Shown: positions 13,226 to 25,372 of the stretch, piece after piece | Layout: every line of letters begins with the position of its first letter | Position numbering within the stretch: position 1 is the stretch's first letter | From: a virus | Lineage: Duplodnaviria > Heunggongvirae > Uroviricota > Caudoviricetes | DNA length: 64,000 nucleotides | IMG/VR virus record: IMGVR_UViG_3300031992_004563 | Coordinates: 1-64,000 of that record | Direction: 5' to 3' (one strand) | Program-made: the position numbers and the translations under genes | Notes under the pieces: model-generated | Told to the model about the DNA's origin: nothing | The model's input: the letters and a program-made list of their open reading frames with translations, nothing else | The model's database searches: none

Positions 13226-14797
13226 ATGTTTGACTTTAATAAAAATATTAATGAAGAATTATCTGCAAGGCTATATAATAAATTAAAAAAAATGTATATA
13301 GCTGGAAAAGAATATGATAAATTAAGAAATTTAGAAAGAATGTATGCAGAACAACATCAAAATGATGTTGCTGATGATATTGATGTTAGCGAACCTATAA
13401 TTGATGAGCCAACAATTGATAATTCTGAATAGTTAATTTCACAAGATGATTCTACTATAGAACCAACACCAATTATACACTAGAAAAAGAATGTTGTTCC
13501 AACAGATAAAATTGGTAAACTTGCATATTCTGTTGATACTGATAATCTTGCATTTAAATCTGCTTTAATGGAAATTGCAGATGCACATTCTAAAATTCTT
13601 GATTTATATGAAGATACTTTATATGAAGATACTTGGACAGAAACAACTGTAACTAAATTTGAAGAACTTTTAGAAAAGTATAATACCAATTTATCGTAGA
13701 TTCAAAGTATGCTTCCAACAATTGAATGGAAATCAGAAGCAATTAAACGCGAGTTTATGAAAGTGTATAAAGAACTAATAAAAGCTGATGCAGATTCATG
13801 GAATAGAGTATATGCACGTCATAATAACTATTTAAGATATAGAACAAATCGTCGTTCAATTATATCTCAAATTGCAGATATTATCGGTGGAGTTAAAAAC
13901 ACTAAAGATGCAAATTATCAAGATATTTTTAAATACTTCAATGAAAGATGTGCAAATATTAGATTATATGATAATTCTAATAAAACTGATAAAAAAGATT
14001 ATCTTTTAAAATGGTTAAAACCTCATCTTAATGAAGTTATGGATGAGATGAAAGACAGAGGCATATTTACTGGTGCAATTGATTCTGTTGATATTTTTAA
14101 AGTATTTAAAATATATGTTAAATGTCGTAAATTAGCATATGCAATATTTAATTTAATGACATCTAATAGTGAATTTAATGGATACAATAGATGGCATAAT
14201 CAATTTATTAATTATTGTGATGCAAATCTTAATGATAGACAATTAGAACAATTAATGAATGCTGTTAATTCAGAGAATCAATTTGAAGATGTTGATGATT
14301 ATCAAAATATAATGGATGAAGAATCTTGGGAGAAAAAAGGAATTTATGAATCATTTGATTTTAATAATATTAATGAATCATGGTTTGATGATAGTTTAGC
14401 ATATTATCAATCACATAAAGAACGTTATAATAAATCAAAGATTAGCAAAATTAATATGATTCCTACTAATGCAAATCAATGTAGAGTTTAGTGTGATGGT
14501 GAATATGTATATGCAAATGCAACATTTTATCCAGGTGACATAATTGAGATTTGCCCAACTAAAAATATTGATAAATCTGCATTATATTCAAGAGATATGA
14601 GAGATTCAGTATTTGAAGTTATTCCTAATGAAAAATGGGTTCTTCCATTTGGGTATTGTAGATATTATTTACATGATGTTGCTTTAGAAGAAGAAAATTG
14701 CACATATATTTGGGACCCAGTAAAAAGCGTTATTGTAATTAAAGCGATAAATAAAATACCAAAGTATAGTAAATTATTTTTAAAAACTGTTATCTAA
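13226..14797 (+). CDS. Putative head protein with C-terminal SET-like domain, TAG-recoded
   Basis: Three ORF-track fragments in one frame; C-terminus VYANATFYPGDIIEICP..LPFGYCRYYLH..NC..IKAINKI resembles SET domains. Confidence 0.65.
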
Positions 14798-14890
14798 TAA
14801 TGGCGTGAAATAATTTTTTGAAAAAACATAAATAAATAAAAAAAGATATAAAACTTTAGACATCTAAATGTCAATAAAATATATTAAATT

Positions 14891-15367
14891 ATGAAAAATT
14901 TTACTACAGTTTATAATAATAGCAAACAACAAGTGTTGAAAGAAAGAGCTGCTATGTATGAGTCACAAAAAGTGGCTATTGTTAATGTGCTTAAGTAGAA
15001 TTACATGATCACTGGTAATATCTCTGATCTTCCTGCTGATCAACAAAAACAATTTGCTACAAGACTTTTGGAATATTGGTCACCTAAAACAGGTATCAAA
15101 AAAGAAGGTGTCAAATTATTAAATGAAAATGAATTAACATTGTCTCCAGCTTCTAATAAAGAAGATATTAAATTATATATTGAGAAACAAGTTAAAAAAC
15201 ATTTAGTTGCAATGACAGAGGCTTATCGCCAAAATAATGCTAATGCAGTTATTGAAGCTATTAAAGCTGATGTTGAACCTAAAATTCAAAAGACTCTTAA
15301 AGAATCATTTGTAATTAATACTGTTTGGAATTTAATTTCTGATAGAATTAAATTAGGTTTAAATTGA
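14891..15367 (+). CDS. Hypothetical (putative head core) protein, one TAG
   Basis: ATG 14891 in frame with the 15005 fragment; MYES, LLNENE, LKES motifs. Confidence 0.65.
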
Positions 15368-15455
15368 TTTAATATATTTGACATTTATGATTTTAATAAA
15401 ACTAGTCATTTGGCTAGTTTTATTTTTGTTTAAATGTCAGATAAATATATTGAAT

Positions 15456-16268
15456 ATGAAATAGTTTAATAAACAAATATTAGAAGCAATTAATAGAGGT
15501 GTAAAATTAGCACTAGATGATTTTGAAAATATAGATTCTATAACATCTAATGGCGATATTATAGACACTGAAAATCAAATTCAAACACATATTGATTTTC
15601 ATAAACATTTTGTTAATCTTGGATTGCCATCAGGAACTGTATGGTGTAAATTTAATGTTCCAGTAACTAAGTTTACAAAAAAATTTGATGAATTATGTGG
15701 AGGATATTATTCATGGGGTGAAACAAAACTAAAAAATAAAGATGGATATGATTTATATAGATATCATGATGATTTATTTACATGGAAAGATTATGAATTT
15801 GCAATTTATTAGTTGGGTAAATCATTTGCATTAACTAAATATTGTGATGATAAATCATGCGGCAAAAACAATTTTATAGACAATAAATTAAATCTTGAAT
15901 TAGTAGATGATATTGCATATAAATATGATAAAAGAATGAGAATACCATCATTAGAACAATTTCAAGAATTAATTAAATATACTGAGCGAAAATGGGTAAA
16001 AGATTATGAAGCTCCATATTATGCAACAGGCACAATGTTTACGTCAAAAATAAACGGAGAAACTTTATTCTTACCGGCTGCAGGAAGTGTTAATGGAAAA
16101 TTATGGGAATATTGTTATGCATGTAAGTATTGGACAAATAGTTTATCACAAGATCATAATCCATAGAAAGCATATGCATTTGTTCAATATAATGATAACA
16201 GGGGTGGATATATTTTACAATATGATAGATGTATTGGAATGAGTATAAGGCCGGTTTTAAATAGATAA
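15456..16268 (+). CDS. Tagged paralog family member (tag + CLec-like domain); TAG=Gln
   Basis: MKQFNKQILEAINRGVKLALDDFE..NLGLPSGTVWC..YSWGE..LPAAG..YWTNS..GMSIRPV. Confidence 0.8.
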
Positions 16269-16270
16269 TT

Positions 16271-17269
16271 ATGAAACAATATAAACAAATATTAGAAGCA
16301 ATAAACAGAGGCATTAAATTAGCTCTTGATGATTTTGAAGATGATGTTCAATATTCATCTGATAATAAATCTAACATTATTGATACAGAAGATGTAATTA
16401 GAAATCGTATGTATGATAATGTTGTTGATATGGGATTGCCATCAAGAACATTATGGTGTAAATATAATGCAGGAGTTGATTATGATTGTATAAAATAGGA
16501 ACTTGAAAATATATCAAGAAGAAAAGGTACACCATTACAACAATTAGATTATATTTCGCCATGTCCTTTATGGGTTGGTGAATTATGCGGTTGGGGTGAA
16601 ATATTTCCAGAAGTTCATCGCACTTTTAATTATAATAGAGGAGGTTTAAAAAACGAATTCAATTGGTATAAGTATAGATATACAAAATCAGATGATTATG
16701 AAATTGAAAGCGAAAAATTGGCGCATAGATTAACGAAATATTGCACAAATAGATTATATGGTAAAAACTTTTTAAAAGATAATTTAAAAACACTTTAGCC
16801 TATTGATGATGAAGCAACATTTGATGCATTAAACTATAAATACCCATATAAAGTTAAAATGCCAACGTCACAAGATTATATTGAATTATTACAATATACA
16901 GAAAAAACTTTAGTTGAACATTATAATAATGTAAATGGGTTAAATGGCTTATTATTAAAATCATTAAAAAATGGCAAAGAATTATTTTTCCCTTATACAG
17001 GGATGTTTGTTGGGCCATTTAGACAAAATGAATATCAATCTGGTCATTATTGGTGTACTGATTTATTTGAAAAAGAACCTAATTTAGCTTATTCATTTAA
17101 TTTTGGAACATTTGAACGTGTAGAAGATAAAGTATTAAAAAGTTCTGGACTAACTTTAGATCATAAAAAAGATTTTTATGAAGATAATACAGGTGTAATA
17201 ATAGCTTATGAACGATATAGAGGTTTTGCAATTAGAGGTATTATTAAAAAATTTAACATAAATGATTAA
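16271..17269 (+). CDS. Tagged paralog family member (tag + CLec-like domain); TAG=Gln
   Basis: MKQYKQILEAINRGIKLALDDFED..VDMGLPSRTLWC..GWGE..MPT..YW..GFAIRG. Confidence 0.8.
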
Positions 17270-18102
17270 TGAAATTTAACAAACAAATATTAGAAGCAAT
17301 TAACAGAGGAATTTAGTTAGCGTTAGATGATTTTGATTTTAATGATAATGAAGAATCAAATAATACTAATGATGTTATTAATGTTAATAATTAGGCAATT
17401 GCATAGGTGTATGTTAGATAGATTAATAATATATAGGTTAATAACACTATTAATATTGATTCAGATATCAAACGATAGATTAGAAAATTATATAAGTTAT
17501 TAAGAACTAATTTAGCTGGTGAAAAATATATTGTAACAACAAGAGAAGAATTAAAACATTTAATAAAACATATAATTATACTTAATCCAAAAGCTAATTT
17601 AAATTGGATAGATACTTCTCATATAACAAACATGATGTATTTATTTGATGATTTCTTTTTAAAAGAATTTTGTGGAAATATTTCAGAATGGAATATGTCT
17701 AATGTTATTAACGCAAGAAATATGTTTTATGGATGTAGAAAATTTAATTGTGATATTTCAAAATGGGATGTACATAATCTTAGATTAATGGGTAATATGT
17801 TTGGGGAATGTTATAAATTTAATCAAGATTTATCAAATTGGAATGTATCTAATGTTACAGAAATGAGTTGCACATTTGCAGGATGTCATAATTTTAATTG
17901 TGATTTATCTAATTGGAATGTATCTAATGTAACAGATATGGCATATATGTTTAGTAGATGTGAAAAATTTAATTAGGATTTATCTAAATGGGATGTTTCT
18001 AATGTAACAAGAAATAATGGATTTTATTATAAAGCTGAATTTGCACTTACGCCTGAATGGGTACCTAATTTTGATTTAAACAAAACACTGGGTAACCCAT
18101 AA
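17269..18102 (+). CDS. Tagged paralog family member with BspA/DUF285-type repeat payload; TAG=Gln
   Basis: MKFNKQILEAINRGIQLALDDFD then LNWIDTSHITNM and repeats FNxDLSNWNVSNVTxMxxMF. Confidence 0.8.
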
Positions 18103-18154
18103 AAACAATATAATATATGTATATTATAATCTAAAAATAATGTATGTATATATT

Positions 18155-18337
18155 ATGAAAGACAAATATACTTAGATTTGGGAAGAAGCTCAATTACAAC
18201 AATTAATTGGTGAAGTATTATCACGTATTTGCGAGATTAGACAAACTGCAAAGGATTATGATTTATTAAATTCACAAATATATTTAGATTTTGAGGATAA
18301 ACTAAATCAATTTTCAGTAGCTGATCCTAATGACTAA
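18155..18337 (+). CDS. Small hypothetical protein, one TAG
   Basis: 60-aa ORF with TAG read-through just upstream of the portal gene. Confidence 0.45.
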
Positions 18338-18366
18338 TAAATAATAAAAATATGTTAATATAACGT

Positions 18367-20235
18367 ATGGGTACAAAATACGTATTAAGATCATTTAAAC
18401 CTGGAGAGGAAAATCATAATCATATTAATCCTTTGATTAATCTATCATCATTTGGTTTATAGAGTAATCAAAGCATTATGAAAAATGCTCTTGCTCTTAG
18501 TGCATCTCAAACTAAGATGGGCAGCATGGATGATTAGATGTATCCAAGTTTTTATGATGCTGTTGGTACAAATAGATTTACTAAATATAAAGATTTAACT
18601 AAAAACCAATCTTCTAATTATGCATATTATGATATGACATATGCAACAAGATGTCAATATTGTAAGCAATTAGCAAGAGACGTTGAAATTAATTTCTTAT
18701 TGGAAACTATTTGTAATGAAGCAATTGTTAATGATGAAAATGGCCAATTTTGTCATCTTAATCTTGATAAACTTAAATTGTTCTTGAATAAAGGTTATGA
18801 GAATAAAAAGGCTAATTTAAATGCTGAAAAATTAGTGAATGATTCACAAATTGCATTTAACAGAGTTTATTCAGCATTTGGTTGGGAAAATAATAATGGT
18901 GCATGGAATTACTTTAAGAAATTTATGGTTGAAGGATTCCTTGCATTTGAAATGATTTTTGATGAAAAACATAAAAATATTATTGGTATCTTAAATCTTG
19001 ACCCAACAACATTACAACCAGATATTAGAACAACTGAAGATGGACAAGAAATTTTCTTATGGTATCAATTTAAAGGTGCAGCAAATCAAAGAATAATTCC
19101 AAACTCAAATATAATTTATATTTCATGGGGTGATATTGGTGATACAAGAAACACTAATATTTCTTATGTTGAAGGTTTAACACGTTCATTTAATATGTTA
19201 CGCCAACTTGAAAATTCTCATTTAGTTTGGAATGTTCAAAATGCACAAAATAGAATTAAGATTACAGTTCCAGTTGATGAAAATTTAACACCTGCTAAAT
19301 CAAAACAACGTATTAATGAGATTAAAGCAGATTATACAGAAGAAGTATCAATGGATGATATGTCTGGTCAAATGCTTGTTAATGGCGAACCTAAATTTAA
19401 TTTCCAAAAAACTTATTTCTTTGAAAGTAAAGGTGGTAATGCCATTACAATGGAAGGTGTAAAAACTGAAGGCTATAATATGAATACAACAGAAGATCTT
19501 CAATATTTCTGGCGTAAATTCATATTGGAATCTCAAGTACCAGCTAACCGTTTTAATTTAAATATTTCTCAGGCGCCAAATAATGCATTAAATGGCGAAG
19601 CTACAATTACTCGTGAAGAGTATGCATTCTCACGTTTTATTGGACGTATTCAAACAGCGTTTAAAGAAATTATTCTTAAGCCTTTACTTGTTCAAATTTG
19701 TTTAATGCATCCTGAATTTTCATATACTGAAGTACTTAAACAAGGACTCGGTATTGAATATAATGAGGAAAACCTTTTTACATTAGCAAAAAAACGTTCA
19801 GCCGTGGCTGAAGGTGCAAGTACAGTTTCTACATTGCTTGGATTATAGGGTTCTGATGGAAAACCATATTTTGCACTTGATTTCTTGGTTAAAGAATATC
19901 TTGGTTTATCAGATCAAGACCTTGAACTTAATCAAAAATATAAAGAGGCTGAAATTCTTAAAGCTATTGAAATTGCTAAACTTCAAAAGAAACATGCAGA
20001 AGAAGCTCAAGCAAATCAACCTATTCAACAACCAATGGGTGGTGGAATGGATATGGGTGGAGGCATGGACTTTGCCGGAGGTAATGATGTAATGTCTGGT
20101 GGAGAATTTGGTGGTCCAGACATGGGTGGTGGAATGGATATGGGTGGAGCAGAAACAACACCAGCACCAGAAGCAGCACCAGCACCAGCACCTGAAGCAG
20201 CACCAGCACCTGAAGGTGGTGAACCAACAATGTAA
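18367..20235 (+). CDS. Portal vertex protein (T4 gp20-like), TAG-recoded, with GGGMDMGG/APAPEA low-complexity tail
   Basis: ICNEAIV, SYVEGLTRSFNMLRQLE, DLQYFWRKF..SQVPANRF, ITREEYAFSRFI match gp20 family motifs; fragments joined across TAG. Confidence 0.9.
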
Positions 20236-20398
20236 TTAATATATTAAACATTAATATATACACAAGATGCTCTAGATTACATTCTAGAGCACTTTTTTAT
20301 ATTTTATAATTAACTATATATTATGTAAAATAAATGTCATGAGATAAAAATAAACATTTGAAATAATAAATAATAAAATATAATAGAATATTTTAATT

Positions 20399-21076
20399 AT
20401 GGCAACAATAAAAAGTACATCAAATGCATTGGGTGGATTAATTAATAAGATTAATAATGCATCACCTATATCTTCTGGATTTGGAAGTCCAGTTGATATT
20501 GATGATAGCATTCCAACAAATATGTTGAATCCTGAACCAGTATTTAAAATTAATTATAAATCCACACAAAAACAATGTATTAAAAAGGCTAAAGACCAAT
20601 TAATGAAAATGATTAAAGAGGTTGTTCCTACAATTCTTCAAAATTCAAGTATGATATTAGATAAAGTTGAACAAGATGCAGAGCAACTTGGTGGATTATA
20701 TTATGAACAACTAAAAACTGATAAAGTAATTCAAGCAAATATGGATGCGCTTGGAAGGGGTGAGATTTCACCAAGATTATTTGAGGTATATGCTAAATTA
20801 TCTAAGCAACAATCAGATTTAGCTCAACAAATAACAGAAATGCAAAATATAATGCGTAAAAATTATATTGATACATATTTAGATCTTCAACAAAAAGACG
20901 AGGCTGAAGAACAATTTGCAATAAGTGCAAAAAAGGAAAGTCCTAAAGCAATTACAATGCAAGAAGATAATAATGAAAAATCATCTAATACAGTAGTTGG
21001 AACTGAGAATATTATTAAGATGATGGCAGAAAAAAAGAAACAAGCTTTAATTGCAAAATTTGAAGAAGTAAAATAA
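20399..21076 (+). CDS. Probable terminase small subunit (T4 gp16-like)
   Basis: SPRLFEVYAKL followed by a coiled coil and C-terminal NTVVGTENIIKMM, resembling gp16 PRxxEV..VGST motifs; adjacent to portal. Confidence 0.55.
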   Translation: MATIKSTSNALGGLINKINNASPISSGFGSPVDIDDSIPTNMLNPEPVFKINYKSTQKQCIKKAKDQLMKMIKEVVPTILQNSSMILDKVEQDAEQLGGLYYEQLKTDKVIQANMDALGRGEISPRLFEVYAKLSKQQSDLAQQITEMQNIMRKNYIDTYLDLQQKDEAEEQFAISAKKESPKAITMQEDNNEKSSNTVVGTENIIKMMAEKKKQALIAKFEEVK

Positions 21077-21102
21077 AAGAGAGAATCAAAAATTCTCTCT
21101 TT

Positions 21103-21943
21103 TTATTTTCTAAGTACACCTCTAATTGGTAATCCCATTGTTCTATCCATTGATGTAACAAATTTATAATCATCACCATAATTATTTGTACATATATGTA
21201 ATGCTTCTGTACCATATGTATCAGTTCCACCAGAAGATAAAGAACATGACCAATAAAAACAAATGTTATCTTCATTATTATAGATATTTTCATATGTTAT
21301 TGATCTGCCATATCCTTCATCACTATTTCTATCGCTTTTAATACCGGCTTCTGGAAAAAATAATTGTTTGCCATTTATTTTACTGGTAAATAATCTGCCA
21401 TGCAATCCACCAATATTATTATAATGCTAAACATGTTCAATTGTACAATGTTTTAATAATTCTTCATACTATTCCTATGTTGGCATTACAAATACGCCAT
21501 TAGTATTCATATATGTGGCATCATCATATAAATCTAATTTATTTGGGCTTTTAAATACATCATAGTATTTACTTAAATAATCACTATGTTTGTATGCCTT
21601 TTTATTAATTCCAAATTTATATGTGTCAAAATTATATTTTTCTTTTGGCTTTATTTCACCAAATGCAAAATAATCACCATACCATGATTCTGGTGCTTCA
21701 TTCCAATTTTCTTCTGTCTATTTCATTATAGGTTTTGCACCAATATTATATTTTGCCCATAATGTTTTAGAAGGAAGCCCCATATCTACAACACCATATG
21801 CACGTTCTCTAATAACATCTTCTGCATCAATATTCATCTGATTTATTATCAGATGAATATTGAACGTCATCTTCAAAATCATCTAATGCAAGTTTAATAC
21901 CTTTATTAACAGCTTCTAATATTTGTTTATTTAAGTTTTTCAT
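21103..21943 (-). pseudogene. Tagged paralog family member split by a +1 frameshift: tag ORF 21827-21943 and CLec-like payload ORF 21103-21837
   Basis: MKNLNKQILEAVNKGIKLALDDFEDDVQYSSDNKSDEY* then, in another frame, MNIDAEDVI..VDMGLPSKTLWA..GLPIRG; break lies in a perfect 16-bp inverted repeat. Confidence 0.7.
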
Positions 21944-22716
21944 ACAATTTTTAAATCAGGCACCTGAATTGATTCTTCTATTTCTCCATTTTTAATTTTT
22001 TCTTCCCATTCTTTATGTTCCTATTCTCTTCTTTTTTCTAAATTATCTTTAATAGGTTGCATTTGAACATAATATTCATCTAAAGTTTCAATAAAATGAA
22101 AAGTGGTTTTACTTGAGCCTAACACCATTTTTTCTTCTTCTAAATCAATAAAATTATATGATCTCCCAGAATCACAATCACATACACTATTAGCATATAA
22201 TGGTTTTATTGTTTGTACAAAAGTTTTAAAATCTTTAAGTGAATTTTTAATTTTAATTAATTTTTCATTTAAGTATTTTCCTTTTTCATCACTTATTTTA
22301 TAAAACCAATATAATGGGCTATATTCATTATTAATAAAATTATGTAATGCATTTTCATTTCCATTTGAATATCCTTTTTCGCCTTCATAATTTTCAGTTA
22401 ATAATTCATAGCATTTAAGAAAAAAATCTTTTAATGAATAAAAATATTCAACTAAATTTAATGATTCATCATTATAATCAATTTCAACTAAATTATTAGT
22501 GTTAACAAAATAAAAATATTTTTCTAAATCATAATTTAGCGGATTTTTATGATCATCAAACCCAATCTAATATATTTTGATTATATCTTCTTTAGAAGGG
22601 TTTTTAATGATAAAAACATTATCTTGTTCCATATGATCATATAAAATAATTAAGTTGGTTTTACACACCTATTGTTCAGAAGCATCCCATGGAATAAGGC
22701 TTTCATTTATAATCAT
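21940..22716 (-). CDS. Hypothetical protein (MIINES N-terminus), TAG-recoded
   Basis: 258-aa ORF with TAG read-through; its TGA overlaps the next ATG. Confidence 0.65.
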
Positions 22717-22807
22717 AATATTAAAATTATTTTTCAATATATTTATTTGAAATGAAACATTGCTAACTTTTTATTTTATAATAATTGAATAATTAAATGA
22801 AATTTAT

Positions 22808-23470
22808 ATGGCAAAATTAACACAACAACAAATTGATGCTAATAAAATTGAGTTTATTAATCTTCTTCGTTCAACAAAACGAGAGAATATTGAAAATTTA
22901 ATTTTATGGCTTGATACTAAATCAGATTTTTTCACCGCACCAAGTTCATCTAAATATCATGGCTGTGTAGAGGGTGGTTTATGTCAGCATTGTTTAAATG
23001 TATATCGCGCTGCTCAAGCTGAATTGGAAAATATTAAGAAACTTGGTAAAGTTGATATTAATATTTCTTCTATTTCAGAGGATAATTTGATTATTGCTAC
23101 ATTATTACATGATTTATGTAAAGTAAATTATTATAAGAAAGCAATTAAAGTATTTAAAGATGATGCAACAAATACATGGCATCATTATTATTCATATGAA
23201 GTTGAAGATAATTTTCCAATTGGTCATGGAGAAAAATCTGTGATTATGCTTCAAAACTTTATTAAACTTGCATGGAATGAAATTTTAGCAATTCGTTGGC
23301 ATATGAGTGCACATGATTCTGGAATAGCAACATCATCAACAGAACGAATTGCAATGTATGATTCCATGACAAAATGTCCATTGGTAATTATTTTACAGAA
23401 TGCAGATTTATTTGCAACTTATATGATGGAAGAAACAACAGATCCTAAAAAAGAAAATCTAATTGATTAA
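22808..23470 (+). CDS. HD-domain phosphohydrolase
   Basis: APSSSKYHG..GGLCQH, LLHDLCK, GHGEKS, AIRWHM, NAD motifs. Confidence 0.85.
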   Translation: MAKLTQQQIDANKIEFINLLRSTKRENIENLILWLDTKSDFFTAPSSSKYHGCVEGGLCQHCLNVYRAAQAELENIKKLGKVDINISSISEDNLIIATLLHDLCKVNYYKKAIKVFKDDATNTWHHYYSYEVEDNFPIGHGEKSVIMLQNFIKLAWNEILAIRWHMSAHDSGIATSSTERIAMYDSMTKCPLVIILQNADLFATYMMEETTDPKKENLID

Positions 23471-23472
23471 AT

Positions 23473-23733
23473 ATGATAAGTAAAGAACAATTAAAACATA
23501 TTGATGCAGATGCATTATTGCAACATATAGAATTACTTGATCAAGTAGCACAAGTAGAACAAATAATTTTAAAGGCCTATGCAGAAGGACTTGATAAAAT
23601 TACCGTTGTATTTAAACATAAATTTTCTGATGTGATATTGGAAGAATTAGATGAAGGCAAATATTCGTATAAAGATGAACGAATATCAGAACTTGATGAT
23701 GGATTAGATTTTTATGAAGTAACTATTAAATAA
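23473..23733 (+). CDS. Hypothetical protein
   Basis: 86-aa ORF followed by hairpin aaagaagagtcaattgactcttcttt. Confidence 0.6.
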   Translation: MISKEQLKHIDADALLQHIELLDQVAQVEQIILKAYAEGLDKITVVFKHKFSDVILEELDEGKYSYKDERISELDDGLDFYEVTIK

Positions 23734-23776
23734 ATTAAATAAAAAGAAGAGTCAATTGACTCTTCTTTAATTTTAA

Positions 23777-24514
23777 TTAGGGCACTGTCCACATATGTGG
23801 TACTCTATTGAGTGCTTTAAAGTATTCTTTACAAGCTTCAATATCTTTATTTGCTTCTTCAACATACCCAGCCATTTGAATAGTAATACCACCAACTAAA
23901 TTTGTAGAAAATATAGTTAATAATTTATTTGCCTATAATTTACAATGGGCTGATACCCATTTTTGAACCCAAACATTATCATATAATTCTGATTCTGGGA
24001 CTTTAATATATAATCCACAAAAAACATTAACAGCTGGATCATGACCAAGAACTAATAATTCTTTAGAAATTGGATTCCATCTATGTTGAATATCAATTAA
24101 TGTAAATTGTTTAAGCTAATCCCATGCACTCCATTGAATTGTTCTGAATGCAACAGAGTCCATATTCATTAATGAACCCAACCATAAGTCTGACATAAAT
24201 GCTTTATTAAATCCAAAATCTGGATCCATAATTCCAAACATATTATTACGCTATTTCATTTCTTCAAAACGTGTTACAGAAATAACACAATCTGGGAATT
24301 GAATTTTACGATTTTTTCTAAATTCTGGTGTATAAAAAGCTCTTACAGGAATTACGAAAAAATCTTCTTCTGTTGCATCTGGGTCTATTTCATATAACTA
24401 TTTAATTTCCCTATCTATAATACGATCATATGTTGCGTTAGGCAAATTAATAGCAATTGCACCATCTAATGTAACATCAGCTTTTAACCAATTTCTAAAT
24501 TCGTCTTTTGTCAT
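23777..24514 (-). CDS. Neck/head-completion protein (T4 gp13-like), TAG-recoded
   Basis: 245-aa ORF; C-terminal WVQKWVSAHCKLQ..NLVGGITIQMAGYVEEA resembles gp13 family. Confidence 0.6.
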
Positions 24515-24537
24515 TTTAATTGAATTATATTCTTTTA

Positions 24538-25371
24538 TTATTTATTTTTACCAAGCCATTTATCATATGGTGTTCCCCAATCTCTATGAGAAACTTTTCC
24601 ATCTTTAATATCAACTATGACATTAATTGGAAAACAACATCGTATACCAATTGGTGATTTATATTTTTGTCCTTGATAATAAAATGCACAACCAGTTTGT
24701 TGGCCAATATATGTTCCATCGCCTAATGATTCGATAGGTTTACCATATAATTCTTCATCTTTAAGTCTTTGTGCTTCTTTTGCTTCGGCATTTCTTTTCA
24801 TTTGCATTTCACCAATATAAACATCTTTGAAATATTTATATGCTTCTTCAAAATCATCAAATAATATGTCTCCTTCTTCAGGGGTGCAGTCCATCATTTT
24901 ATCATTAATATTAACAATATATCTAGCATTTTGAGTATTACTAACAAATTTCATATCATCATAATTAGTTAAAAATACTTCATGTGGGCCATCTTCCATT
25001 ATGATATAATAGATATTAGCTTTTTCACTAATCTTTTTATTCCATTTTCCAACATACCCATCATCAATATTAGATTCACCACCAAAAAATTTAGACATCT
25101 ATAATTTAGCATAATGTCCTTTATCTCTATATTTCTATACTAATAACGCATCTGTCATATATAATGGATGATCTTGATACTCACCTTCACATGGTAAGAA
25201 ACTACCACCGAAATTATATTCTACATCACCACTTAAATCTTTATCTTCATCTTCTATTGGTAAATTATTCATACCATGGAATAAAAGATTCTAGATTTTT
25301 CTTGCAGCTGATTGTAATGGACCGCCAGGTCCAACTAATTTTCCTTTTACTATTTTATATTCGTATTTCAT
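24538..25371 (-). CDS. Hypothetical protein, TAG-recoded
   Basis: ATG at 25371 in frame with the 24538-25098 fragment across TAGs. Confidence 0.6.
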
Positions 25372-25372
25372 A

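Noticed and set aside
17690-18010. Periodic nucleotide repeats
   Set aside because: Coding repeats of the BspA/DUF285-type protein
20035-20220. Tandem repeats resembling a CRISPR or VNTR array
   Set aside because: They encode the GGGMDMGG and APAPEA low-complexity tail of the portal protein; no repeat-spacer array exists in the window
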